DNA from: Fibrobacteria bacterium
Lineage (GTDB): Bacteria; Fibrobacterota; Fibrobacteria; UBA11236
Direction: 5' to 3'
Length of the DNA stretch: 45,758 bases
Assembly (NCBI GenBank): GCA_043745805.1
Contig: JAYTSD010000025.1
Span: 1 to 45,758, forward strand
Shown: in pieces, positions 18,294 to 27,042 of the stretch
Position numbering within the stretch: position 1 is the stretch's first letter
How the letters are laid out: each line of letters opens with the position of its first letter
Position numbers and translations under genes: made by a program
Notes under the pieces: generated by a model
Told to the model about the DNA's origin: nothing
Databases searched by the model: none
The model's input: only the letters and a program-made list of their open reading frames with translations

Positions 18294-19418
18294 GTGCAAA
18301 AATACTCTTCGCGCTCACAAAATAATCCCGATAATCGCTTTACTGCTCTCACGATGGATTGGGAAGCAGGCGAAGAATTGCCGCAACAAGTTAAAGTACG
18401 TTCGGAACAAGCGCGAAGTATTATTTCGGAAAATGACAGTCCTGACATTCCTTTTCGTTATAGCTTAAATCCTTATCGAGGTTGTACACATGCATGCGCC
18501 TATTGTTATGCGCGTCCCACGCATGAATATCTGGGCCTAGGAGCGGGGACCGATTTTGACACACAAATTTATGCAAAAATAAATGCTCCCGAATTATTGC
18601 GTAAAAAACTTTTTTCGCCCAAATGGGAAAGAGATTGGATTGCCTTTTCAGGAATTACGGATTGTTATCAACCCGCCGAGCGGCAACTTCGTCTAACGCG
18701 ACAATGTTTACAGATTTGCGCCGAAGCGGAAAATCCTGTTTCCATTATTACCAAATCTCCCTTAATTTTACGTGACATCGATGTATTGCAAACTTTAAAT
18801 ACGCGCACGGAATTGCGAGCCATTATTTCCATTCCTTTTTTAAATCCGGAACATTCTAGGCACTTGGAGCCCTTTGCACCGTCTACGGAATTACGTTGGA
18901 AAACCTTATCGCAATTGAGTGCAGCGGGATTGCATACGGGAATTTCTTTAGGTCCAATTATTCCGGGTCTAAATGATAGTGATATTCCGGCTTTATTGAA
19001 ACGTGCTAAAGAAAGTGGAGCGCATTTTGCCTTTTATGTAATGTTACGTTTACCTGGGCATGTGCAGGATGTGTTTATGGAACGGATGGCCAAAGTATTA
19101 CCGCAATATGTACAAAAAGTGGAGCATCATATTCGTGCTGTACGCAATGGTAACTTATATGCTACGGATTTTAAATCCCGTATGCAAGGGAGCGGTAAAA
19201 GTGCCGAAATAATCGATCAACTGTTTAAGCTTTATGCCCGCAAATATGGTTTGCTAGATGGAGAACGCTTAACTCCCATATCCCCGACGAAAACGCCTAT
19301 GAAAAAATCAGAAGCGAAGAACACAAATACAAAGTCCACCTTAGTGAACGCGCCTTTTTCAACGACAAAACCAAATAAACCTGTAAACTCATTTCCCGAA
19401 CAAATTAGCCTTATTTAA
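18294..19418 (+). CDS. PA0069/Rv2578c-family radical SAM protein (SPL-like)
   Basis: NDSPDIPFRYSLNPYRGCTHACAYCYARPTHEYL (CxxxCxxC), TDCYQP.E, PIIPGLND. Confidence 0.93.
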   Translation: MQKYSSRSQNNPDNRFTALTMDWEAGEELPQQVKVRSEQARSIISENDSPDIPFRYSLNPYRGCTHACAYCYARPTHEYLGLGAGTDFDTQIYAKINAPELLRKKLFSPKWERDWIAFSGITDCYQPAERQLRLTRQCLQICAEAENPVSIITKSPLILRDIDVLQTLNTRTELRAIISIPFLNPEHSRHLEPFAPSTELRWKTLSQLSAAGLHTGISLGPIIPGLNDSDIPALLKRAKESGAHFAFYVMLRLPGHVQDVFMERMAKVLPQYVQKVEHHIRAVRNGNLYATDFKSRMQGSGKSAEIIDQLFKLYARKYGLLDGERLTPISPTKTPMKKSEAKNTNTKSTLVNAPFSTTKPNKPVNSFPEQISLI

Positions 19419-19458
19419 ACTTCTCTTAAATTGGGTTTAGCTTTGCTATTTTAGGTCC

Positions 19459-20205
19459 ATGATTAATGCTCAAGATTTTTCGCGCTTTAAAAAACAGCCC
19501 TTAGTTATGGCAACAGCTTATGATTTTTGTTTTGCCCAAATTATGGAAAGTGCTGGAGTAGATGTGATTTTGGTAGGGGATTCTCTAGCGAATGTAGTAT
19601 TAGGTTTGCCTTCAACGCGTGATATCAATATGGACATTATGTTGCTTTTTGTAGGCGCCGTAGCGCGTGGAGCGCGTAACACGCATATTACTGCCGATAT
19701 GCCTTTTGCTTCCGAAGTGGATGTGGATAATGCGGTTCGTAATGCTAAGCGTTTTATGGTTGTAGGCGCGCATTCGGTGAAAATTGAAGGGGCCAAGTAT
19801 GCTGAGATTAAAGCTTTAACCCAGCAAGGTATTCCCGTAATAGGGCATTTGGGATTATTGCCACAAACTGCCAAGCATTTTAAACAAGTAGGTCATGCTG
19901 AAGGGGATAAGGAAAGATTAATTCACGAAGCCAAAGGCATTACCGAGGCCGGAGCTATTGCTATGGTTTTGGAGCATCTTGATTTTAATCTAGCGACTGA
20001 GGTAACACAAGCGGTATCTATTCCCACTATTGGAATCGGTGCAGGTAAGCATGTTGATGGACAGGTTTTGGTGCAACATGATTTATTAGGTTTGCACAAT
20101 CATTCTCTTCCACCTTTTGCCAAAAAATTTGGACATCTGCAGGAAGCCGCTTTGGCTGCGGCGTCGGAGTATTGCCGTGCGGTAAGAGAAAAAAGCTTTC
20201 CTTAA
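19459..20205 (+). CDS. panB: 3-methyl-2-oxobutanoate hydroxymethyltransferase
   Basis: TAYD, ILVGDS, ADMPF, VKIEG, GHLGLLPQ, IGIGAG..DGQVLV. Confidence 0.98.
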   Translation: MINAQDFSRFKKQPLVMATAYDFCFAQIMESAGVDVILVGDSLANVVLGLPSTRDINMDIMLLFVGAVARGARNTHITADMPFASEVDVDNAVRNAKRFMVVGAHSVKIEGAKYAEIKALTQQGIPVIGHLGLLPQTAKHFKQVGHAEGDKERLIHEAKGITEAGAIAMVLEHLDFNLATEVTQAVSIPTIGIGAGKHVDGQVLVQHDLLGLHNHSLPPFAKKFGHLQEAALAAASEYCRAVREKSFP

Positions 20206-20223
20206 AAGATTAAAATCAGCAAT

Positions 20224-20256
20224 AAAAAAAGCCGCCTCAAAGAGGCGGCTTTTTTT
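20224..20256. terminator. Bidirectional intrinsic terminator
   Basis: AAAAAAAGCCGCCTC-AAA-GAGGCGGCTTTTTTT between convergent genes. Confidence 0.93.
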
Positions 20257-20285
20257 GATCTAATAATAGACCCAATTATGTAAGC

Positions 20286-21041
20286 TTAAAAAGCTAAGCC
20301 GCCACCTAATTCATAGGTTAAGCTGTTTGCATCAGCCGATGAAGGTGTAGCCGCACCCAGGAAATGGTATTTTATATTGGCGAAAATAGCGAGTGGAATG
20401 ACAGGTGGTTTTACACGTACACCGGCCATTAAATGAAATCCAATGCCTTGTTTTAAACCTTCTTTGGTAATTGCTTTGGTTAGGGCACTAGAAAGTTGAT
20501 CTTGGCTCGAGTTCGAATTTAAATTAGCATCCTTTAAAGCCTTACGAGCAAAGCTACTATCCAGAACTTGCGTAGAAAGTCCATAGGTCAAACCTCCGCC
20601 CACATACAATCTAGCTATGGAAATAACCGGTGGAAATTTCAAAAAAGGGTAGACAATGGAAACGTCATTGACTATTCGTGCAAATATCGGCTTGCTTGGG
20701 GCTAAAGGTATGTTCATATCATACTTAAGTGGAATACTGGAATTATCCGGCAATATGAGATTTACATCGTATTGTCCGAACTGTACATTGGAAGAGGCTT
20801 CAATATCCACGAAAGGAAGTGCGTCAATCCAAAATTTTAAGCCAAACCCTTGTAAGCCACTTACTTTATCAACAACAATGCTAGCGGATTTACCAGCCAC
20901 ACTGTCAGTAATACTTCCTTTGGAAGATTTAACTTCTAATCCTGGGCTTGGTGCCCACTGTACACCAAAGCCTGCGATAGCATTTGCGTAAACGGCAAAG
21001 CCACTGACAATAGTGAGGGTTTTAATCAAAACTGATTTCAT
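20286..21041 (-). CDS. Hypothetical outer-membrane beta-barrel protein
   Basis: Signal peptide (AYANA-like end), amphipathic strands (LYVGGGLTY, GFHLMAGVRV), C-terminal YELGGGLAF; GGAGG SD. Confidence 0.7.
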   Translation of the reverse strand: MKSVLIKTLTIVSGFAVYANAIAGFGVQWAPSPGLEVKSSKGSITDSVAGKSASIVVDKVSGLQGFGLKFWIDALPFVDIEASSNVQFGQYDVNLILPDNSSIPLKYDMNIPLAPSKPIFARIVNDVSIVYPFLKFPPVISIARLYVGGGLTYGLSTQVLDSSFARKALKDANLNSNSSQDQLSSALTKAITKEGLKQGIGFHLMAGVRVKPPVIPLAIFANIKYHFLGAATPSSADANSLTYELGGGLAF

Positions 21042-21088
21042 ATTTCCTCCAAAAAATGGTTCGTCATAGAGTAATATTAAGTTTTTAC

Positions 21089-21835
21089 TTAGGCAAGTGA
21101 AATGATGGCGGCCATTCTTCCCGAACGAGCGCCTTCACCACGATAAGAAAAATATTTATCCATTTCCGTTAAAGTACAGCCGGACTGTTTAATAATATTT
21201 TCGGGTAAAATCCCCATTGCAAGCGCCTGTGCTACGTTACAGGCGGACATGTCAAAAATTAAATGTCCATTTTCAAGTTGCACAAAGTTTTGATCTAAGG
21301 TGGCTGCAATTTCAGAGTTTATTTTTAGACTTTCTTTTTGCAAACAGGGGCTGAAAGCTAAATAAGTGGTTTGTGGAACAATTTTCCCCCAACTAATTAA
21401 TTGTTGTAAAGATTTCCCTAATATGTTTAAACATGTGCCTTTCCATCCTGCATGAATAGCTGCTACAGTTTTGTGCGTTGAATCATACAGTAATACGGCT
21501 AAGCAATCGGCCATAGTGACGGCAATCACTTTAGTCGGGTCTTGTGTGTAAATGGCGTCTGCTTCCTCTGCAAAAAGTTGCGTTCCTGCGGTCACAAGCT
21601 TTTCACCATGAGTGAGTTTTGGCATGATCAAAGTTTTATGCCCAAGATTTAATTGCTGTAAAACTGTTTGCCAGTTTTGTTCAACAGATTTTTTTTCGTC
21701 TCCAGTAAAATAGCCTAAATTCAAGGATGAAAAAGGCGAGCTACTATGTCCGCCACATCTTTGGGTAAAAACGGCCGTAACATCTCTGTCACCTAGAAAA
21801 GCGGGTTTTAAAATGGGTTTAATATTTTCGCTCAT
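21089..21835 (-). CDS. pgeF: PgeF/YfiH family (peptidoglycan editing factor / purine nucleoside phosphorylase, laccase-like domain)
   Basis: FTQRCGG.S..PFSSLNLG, THG, ADC, AIHAGWKG, YFSYR...SGRM. Confidence 0.92.
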   Translation of the reverse strand: MSENIKPILKPAFLGDRDVTAVFTQRCGGHSSSPFSSLNLGYFTGDEKKSVEQNWQTVLQQLNLGHKTLIMPKLTHGEKLVTAGTQLFAEEADAIYTQDPTKVIAVTMADCLAVLLYDSTHKTVAAIHAGWKGTCLNILGKSLQQLISWGKIVPQTTYLAFSPCLQKESLKINSEIAATLDQNFVQLENGHLIFDMSACNVAQALAMGILPENIIKQSGCTLTEMDKYFSYRGEGARSGRMAAIISLA

Positions 21836-23226
21836 AGATCAAGAATAACAAGGGTAATGTCATCCGACAAATCGGATAATTTATCTCCTCCTATTCTTGG
21901 GGTCTCCTCTAAGGAAGATCCAGTGGGCGATTGAAATATTTTTAAAGCTTGTATAATATCATTAAGCGCTTGCTCGGGTTTTGCTGCGCGTGATTGCTTT
22001 AATAAAGTTTTGATGGCCTCCATACCAAACATTTGATCTTCACCATTATGCGCTTCGGTTACGCCATCGGTGAGTAGGAGTAAGCGTACGCCTTCAGGAA
22101 GCACGATGGAACAATCTTTGAGCATAGGATCGGGAAACATTCCTATAAAAAGGCTTTGCGAAGCAAGTTCTTTTAAATCACCACTTTCCATTTGCAACCA
22201 TTGCTGTATATGTCCTGCATTACAATATTGCAATTCGCGGGAATGGCTTTCATAAATGGCAAAAAAAGTGGTCACAAAATTAGCGCCACTAATTTCTTGC
22301 AGAAAGGCACTATTAATACGCGCTAAAATTTTTGCAGGGCTTTCCCCTGAAGTGGAGAAATTTTTTAATAAAATTTTAAACATAGACATGATCATCGCCG
22401 CCGCCATTCCATGCCCAGATACATCAGCTATAACTACGGCTAAGCGTCCTGGTTCAATTTCAAAACAATCATAATAATCACCCCCAACTTTACCGGCAGG
22501 TACATAATGCGTCGCAATACGGTTTTTTACAAATAAGGGTAAATGCTTAGGCAATAGACTGTCTTGCACGGCGCGGGCTTGTTCTAGTTCTAGATTGATT
22601 TTTTGATGGGCGCGATTTAAAGCGGTATTCACTTTGTTTAATTCCACATTATTACTTTGCAATTGCGTATTGGCATTTTTTAATTGTTCATGAATATGGA
22701 AATTTTCTAGCACCATACTTATTTGCTGGGCTAAACTCGAAATATGCGAAATGACTTGTCCTGTTACCCTAGGACATGGAGATGAAATATTTAACCATAA
22801 TAAACCGATGGGTTTTAACTGGGCTGATTCGGTTATTAAATCGCGTATTAGTAAAGGTATTAGTATGTATTGTTCGGCATCCATAAAAATAAAGGGATCA
22901 TTTTCCGAACTTTTTTCAACTATATAATGACTTTGACTATGCCAAATTTTTTCTAAAAAATTAGCATGCCGAGTTACTTTTTCTTTTCGGGCATTTTTCT
23001 TTGCTGATCCAATGGCATATATGCATTTTAAATAAGGATTGTTTGGTTCTATTTCAAACAATGCCATTTCTTGAATTCCTGCCATTTCCTGAACGCCTAG
23101 CATAAAAACTTGCATAGCCTTATCTAGAGTAGGTGACGACAATATAACTCGATTAACCTCCTCGGTTAAGGAACTGAGCATTAGCTCATCTGTCAATTGT
23201 GTTTCTTGATTGGCCGATAGGTCCAT
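21832..23226 (-). CDS. PP2C-type (SpoIIE/RsbU) phosphatase with GAF-like sensor and coiled coil
   Basis: ARAVQDSLLP, GGDYYD, IADVSGHG, YCNAGH, TDGVTEA, DDIT. Confidence 0.92.
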   Translation of the reverse strand: MDLSANQETQLTDELMLSSLTEEVNRVILSSPTLDKAMQVFMLGVQEMAGIQEMALFEIEPNNPYLKCIYAIGSAKKNARKEKVTRHANFLEKIWHSQSHYIVEKSSENDPFIFMDAEQYILIPLLIRDLITESAQLKPIGLLWLNISSPCPRVTGQVISHISSLAQQISMVLENFHIHEQLKNANTQLQSNNVELNKVNTALNRAHQKINLELEQARAVQDSLLPKHLPLFVKNRIATHYVPAGKVGGDYYDCFEIEPGRLAVVIADVSGHGMAAAMIMSMFKILLKNFSTSGESPAKILARINSAFLQEISGANFVTTFFAIYESHSRELQYCNAGHIQQWLQMESGDLKELASQSLFIGMFPDPMLKDCSIVLPEGVRLLLLTDGVTEAHNGEDQMFGMEAIKTLLKQSRAAKPEQALNDIIQALKIFQSPTGSSLEETPRIGGDKLSDLSDDITLVILDL

Positions 23227-23367
23227 TTTACTCCCTAATTAACCAGATTATAACAGTAGGCAGAGAATTACACCCAAAAGCAAGTCTTTCTTGACCAGAA
23301 GCATGCTCTTATTTAGCTTTTCACCCACATTTGAATCAAAATTAAAGAGATTTTCTCCGGGAGCGGA

Positions 23368-24084
23368 ATGGAACAGAATATTAGTACCGAAGTCAAACCT
23401 ATGGCACCACTCGTTAAATCGAGTTTAAGCGACTGGATTATGGATGATTTTTTACCTCAACATGGTTCTAAGGCCCTTTATGTGGCCATTGGAATTTTTG
23501 TGGCGGGTATAGCGTGGATGATTTTTAGCAATCAAAATGAAAAGTCTAAAGCCTTGGATAATAAAGCTTTAGGTAAAGCTTATGTCTTTTTAAGTGAAGA
23601 CAAAATGGATTCAGCTGAAATAGCACTTTCGGCCTATGTGCAAGGTCATCATTCGGGTGTGGCACTTTCTAAAGCTTATTTAATGTTGGGTAAAGTAAAA
23701 TTCCAAAAGCAACAATATGATGAAGCGATTTCGGCATACAGTAAGGTGGATGCAAGTGGAGATCAAAGCTTATTAAGCTCAGGTGCTTTGCATGGCATTG
23801 CAGCCAGTTATATGCAAAAAAAGGATTATCCTAAAGCGATAGAATCCTTAGAAAAATTTGTTTCGCATTATATGCGTAAAAATGGAAATTTAGAAGAACG
23901 CGCCATGGGTAAAGAACCTAGAGATTTAAGTCCTGTAGTTCCCAATGCCCTTTGGAAATTAGCTTTGTGCTATGCCGAGCAAAAAGATGCTGATAAGGAA
24001 AAAGCCACAGCTGAAAAATTGATTAAGGTGTATGCCGAATCAAAAGAAGCCTTAGATGCGAAAAAATTACTCGCCCAAATTTAA
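23368..24084 (+). CDS. Membrane-anchored TPR protein (YfgM-like)
   Basis: Single TM near the N-terminus then TPR helices (AYLMLGKVKFQKQQYDEAI). Confidence 0.75.
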   Translation: MEQNISTEVKPMAPLVKSSLSDWIMDDFLPQHGSKALYVAIGIFVAGIAWMIFSNQNEKSKALDNKALGKAYVFLSEDKMDSAEIALSAYVQGHHSGVALSKAYLMLGKVKFQKQQYDEAISAYSKVDASGDQSLLSSGALHGIAASYMQKKDYPKAIESLEKFVSHYMRKNGNLEERAMGKEPRDLSPVVPNALWKLALCYAEQKDADKEKATAEKLIKVYAESKEALDAKKLLAQI

Positions 24085-24164
24085 TAATTTAGACTTTTAA
24101 AAAAGTCTTTTGCTTTTACTGTAAGTGGATTAGACGCTTTGCTTACAGTATCTATATTTCATGG

Positions 24165-26147
24165 ATGTCTCTATTTAAAGTAGCCTCTCCTTTTGCCCCA
24201 GCGGGCGACCAACCTGCAGCCATTCAACAAATTATTTCTGAGTTCCGCAGCGGAACAAAATTCCAAACCCTAATGGGTGTAACGGGATCGGGAAAAACTT
24301 TTACGGTAGCAAATGTTATCGAAAACCTAGAAAAGCCCACGCTCATAATTTCGCATAATAAAACCCTTGCCGCCCAGCTCTATCAGGAGTTTAAAGCTTT
24401 TTTCCCTACGCATGCCGTAGAATATTTTGTCAGCTATTATGATTATTATCAGCCGGAAGCGTATATGCCTACGACGGATACTTATATCGAAAAAGATTCG
24501 AATATCAATGAAGAAATTGACAAGCTGCGTTTGCGAGCTACCTCGTCCTTAGTATCACGTAAAGATGTGATTGTAGTGGCTTCCGTATCCTGTATTTATG
24601 GTTTAGGCGCGCCTACTGAGTATTATAAAATGATGGTGCAAGTTAATCGTGGTCAAACTTTAGAGCGTCATGAATTGTTACGTAAGCTGGTGGATGGTTT
24701 TTACAGCCGGAATGATATCGATTTTAAACGCGGCACTTTTCGCGTGCGTGGTGACGTGGTAGAAGTGCATCCAGCTTATGATGATTTCGCTTATCGCATA
24801 GAGTTTTTTGGCGATGAAGTGGAAAAAATTCGTCGTGTGAATTTACTCACCGGGGAGGAAGAAGCGCAATTAGAAACGGCTTTAATTTATCCCGCACGGC
24901 ATTATGTGACTTCAGAAAACAATATGGAACGCGTGATAAATGACATTCGTGAAGAAATGAATGCACAATGCAAAAAATTTACTTTGGAAAATAAATTACT
25001 CGAATCACAACGGCTTATGCAACGCACGCAATTCGATATGGAAATGCTGAAAGAAATTGGCTATTGCTCCGGTGTAGAAAACTATTCACGATTGATCGAA
25101 AATCGTCCTGTAGGTTCACCGCCGTCTACCTTAATGGATTTTTTTGGGGATGATTATTTACTAGTGATCGATGAAAGTCACGTTTCTATTCCGCAAATCT
25201 CCGCGATGTATAATGGCGATAGAGCGCGGAAAGAATCCTTAGTGGGTTATGGTTTTCGCTTGCCGAGCGCCTTAGATAATCGCCCTTTAAAATTTCCTGA
25301 ATTTGAAGCGAAGCTTCCACAAACACTTTTTGTTTCGGCTACGCCAGCGGATTATGAATTGCAAAAATCACAAGGAATAGTGGTGGAACAAATTATTCGC
25401 CCTACTGGATTACTCGATCCGGAAATTGAAGTGCGACCCACCAAAGGACAAATTGATAATCTTTTACATGAAATTCATTTACGCTTGGAATTGAATGAAA
25501 GAGTTTTAATCACCACTTTAACCAAACGCAGTGCTGAGGATTTAACAGATTATTTACAAAATGCAGGGATTAAAGTTTCCTATATGCATTCGGATACGGA
25601 TACGATGGCGCGTACGGAAATTGTGAAACAATTACGTAGTGGGGAAATTGATGTATTAGTGGGTATTAATTTATTGCGCGAAGGATTAGATTTACCGGAA
25701 GTTTCTCTCGTAATTATTTTGGATGCCGATAAAGAAGGTTTTTTACGCAGTAATAGATCGCTGATTCAAACCATTGGTCGCGCGGCGCGTAATGAGCATG
25801 GCCGCGTGATTTTATATGCGGACAATATCACCAAAAGTATGCGCTATGCCATGGACGAAACGGAAAAGCGTCGCCAAAGGCAAGCCGAATTCAATCAGTT
25901 ACATGGCATTACTCCCACAGGAATTAAGCGAGAAATACATCAGCAATTAGCTATGCATTCCGAGACAAATTATGACTTGGAAATAAAACGCTCACAAGTC
26001 GCCGAAAAAGAAAAGTCGTATCAGGCGGAAAGTATTGATGGCTTACGCGCGCAAATGCAGTTGGCGGCAGAAAGTTTGCAATTTGAATTAGCAGCAGAAA
26101 TACGCGATCGTATTAAAAAAATAGAGGGTAAAAAACCGGCAAGATAA
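24165..26147 (+). CDS. uvrB: Excinuclease ABC subunit B
   Basis: [48 protein letters not shown]-terminal UVR domain. Confidence 0.99.
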   Translation: MSLFKVASPFAPAGDQPAAIQQIISEFRSGTKFQTLMGVTGSGKTFTVANVIENLEKPTLIISHNKTLAAQLYQEFKAFFPTHAVEYFVSYYDYYQPEAYMPTTDTYIEKDSNINEEIDKLRLRATSSLVSRKDVIVVASVSCIYGLGAPTEYYKMMVQVNRGQTLERHELLRKLVDGFYSRNDIDFKRGTFRVRGDVVEVHPAYDDFAYRIEFFGDEVEKIRRVNLLTGEEEAQLETALIYPARHYVTSENNMERVINDIREEMNAQCKKFTLENKLLESQRLMQRTQFDMEMLKEIGYCSGVENYSRLIENRPVGSPPSTLMDFFGDDYLLVIDESHVSIPQISAMYNGDRARKESLVGYGFRLPSALDNRPLKFPEFEAKLPQTLFVSATPADYELQKSQGIVVEQIIRPTGLLDPEIEVRPTKGQIDNLLHEIHLRLELNERVLITTLTKRSAEDLTDYLQNAGIKVSYMHSDTDTMARTEIVKQLRSGEIDVLVGINLLREGLDLPEVSLVIILDADKEGFLRSNRSLIQTIGRAARNEHGRVILYADNITKSMRYAMDETEKRRQRQAEFNQLHGITPTGIKREIHQQLAMHSETNYDLEIKRSQVAEKEKSYQAESIDGLRAQMQLAAESLQFELAAEIRDRIKKIEGKKPAR

Positions 26148-26283
26148 TTTTCAAGTCAGTTTGAATGGATTATTTCACATTTACCCGTATTTTATAATTT
26201 TTTTCTAGGAATTTTTGGATTTTTAATGTTTATTTTAGGATAATAACCTCGTTGAATTTTTCAACGGAAACGCAGGAGAGATA

Positions 26284-26901
26284 ATGAGATTTTTGGACAA
26301 AAAGAAATTGGCATTCGCAGGCTTAGTTGTAGCAGCATTGAGCTTTAACTTGACTACCACTGGTTGCTTAACCGATTCGAAGAAAGATGATACCACAAAA
26401 ACACCAGTTGTTGCAGACAGTATAATGACCAAGACCATCGTACTTGGTGCGCAAAGTAACGCTGCAGCGTCCTCCTTGGATCTTGATACTTGGACAGCTT
26501 ATACAGCTACTGCAGGTGCAGCACATTCTTCAGACATAGATGTTATTTTTGCTTATTCTACCAGTGCAAATATTGCAGCACTTTATTCACCAAATATTGC
26601 AAAAAATGGTATTGCTGGTGCAAGTGGCGGCTTTGATTTTATGTCTACATGGACCAATGCCAATACCACTTTGATGCGTTCTATTGCTACTGCTGATACC
26701 ACAAAACTTAAAGGTCAGAGCGACATTAAGGCACTTTATGATGCAGGATCTGATCCAACCCCTGTTGGCCGCATCCAAGCATCTGCAGGTAGCTTTGTAG
26801 TTGCAAAGTCAAACCTTGGTTTATACACCTTACTTAAGGTTACTGCCGTAGTAGCTGCTGCTGATGGCACAGTTAACTTAATTGGTTGGGCTAAATGGTA
26901 A
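26284..26901 (+). CDS. Hypothetical lipoprotein
   Basis: Signal peptide with lipobox-like TTGC; AGGAG SD; own terminator. Confidence 0.75.
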   Translation: MRFLDKKKLAFAGLVVAALSFNLTTTGCLTDSKKDDTTKTPVVADSIMTKTIVLGAQSNAAASSLDLDTWTAYTATAGAAHSSDIDVIFAYSTSANIAALYSPNIAKNGIAGASGGFDFMSTWTNANTTLMRSIATADTTKLKGQSDIKALYDAGSDPTPVGRIQASAGSFVVAKSNLGLYTLLKVTAVVAAADGTVNLIGWAKW

Positions 26902-26935
26902 ACTAACATCGGCGCAAGCCTTTGTATTAGTACTT

Positions 26936-26970
26936 AAAAACGTCGCCTAAATGGGTGGCGTTTTTTTTTT
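26936..26970 (+). terminator. Intrinsic terminator
   Basis: AAAAACGTCGCCTA-AA-TGGGTGGCG followed by T10. Confidence 0.85.
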
Positions 26971-27042
26971 GCGTTGAAACGTCGGAACGCAATCGCAATC
27001 CATTTTAAAAACTAAATTTCATCCTCTTCATCGGAGAAAAGC

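Noticed and set aside
18285-18298. LexA box before the radical SAM gene
   Set aside because: Only the GTGCA half matches
24117-24150. TACTGTAAG...CTTACAGTA inverted repeat before uvrB as an SOS box
   Set aside because: Does not match the motif or spacing seen at recA; could be an RNA hairpin of unknown role
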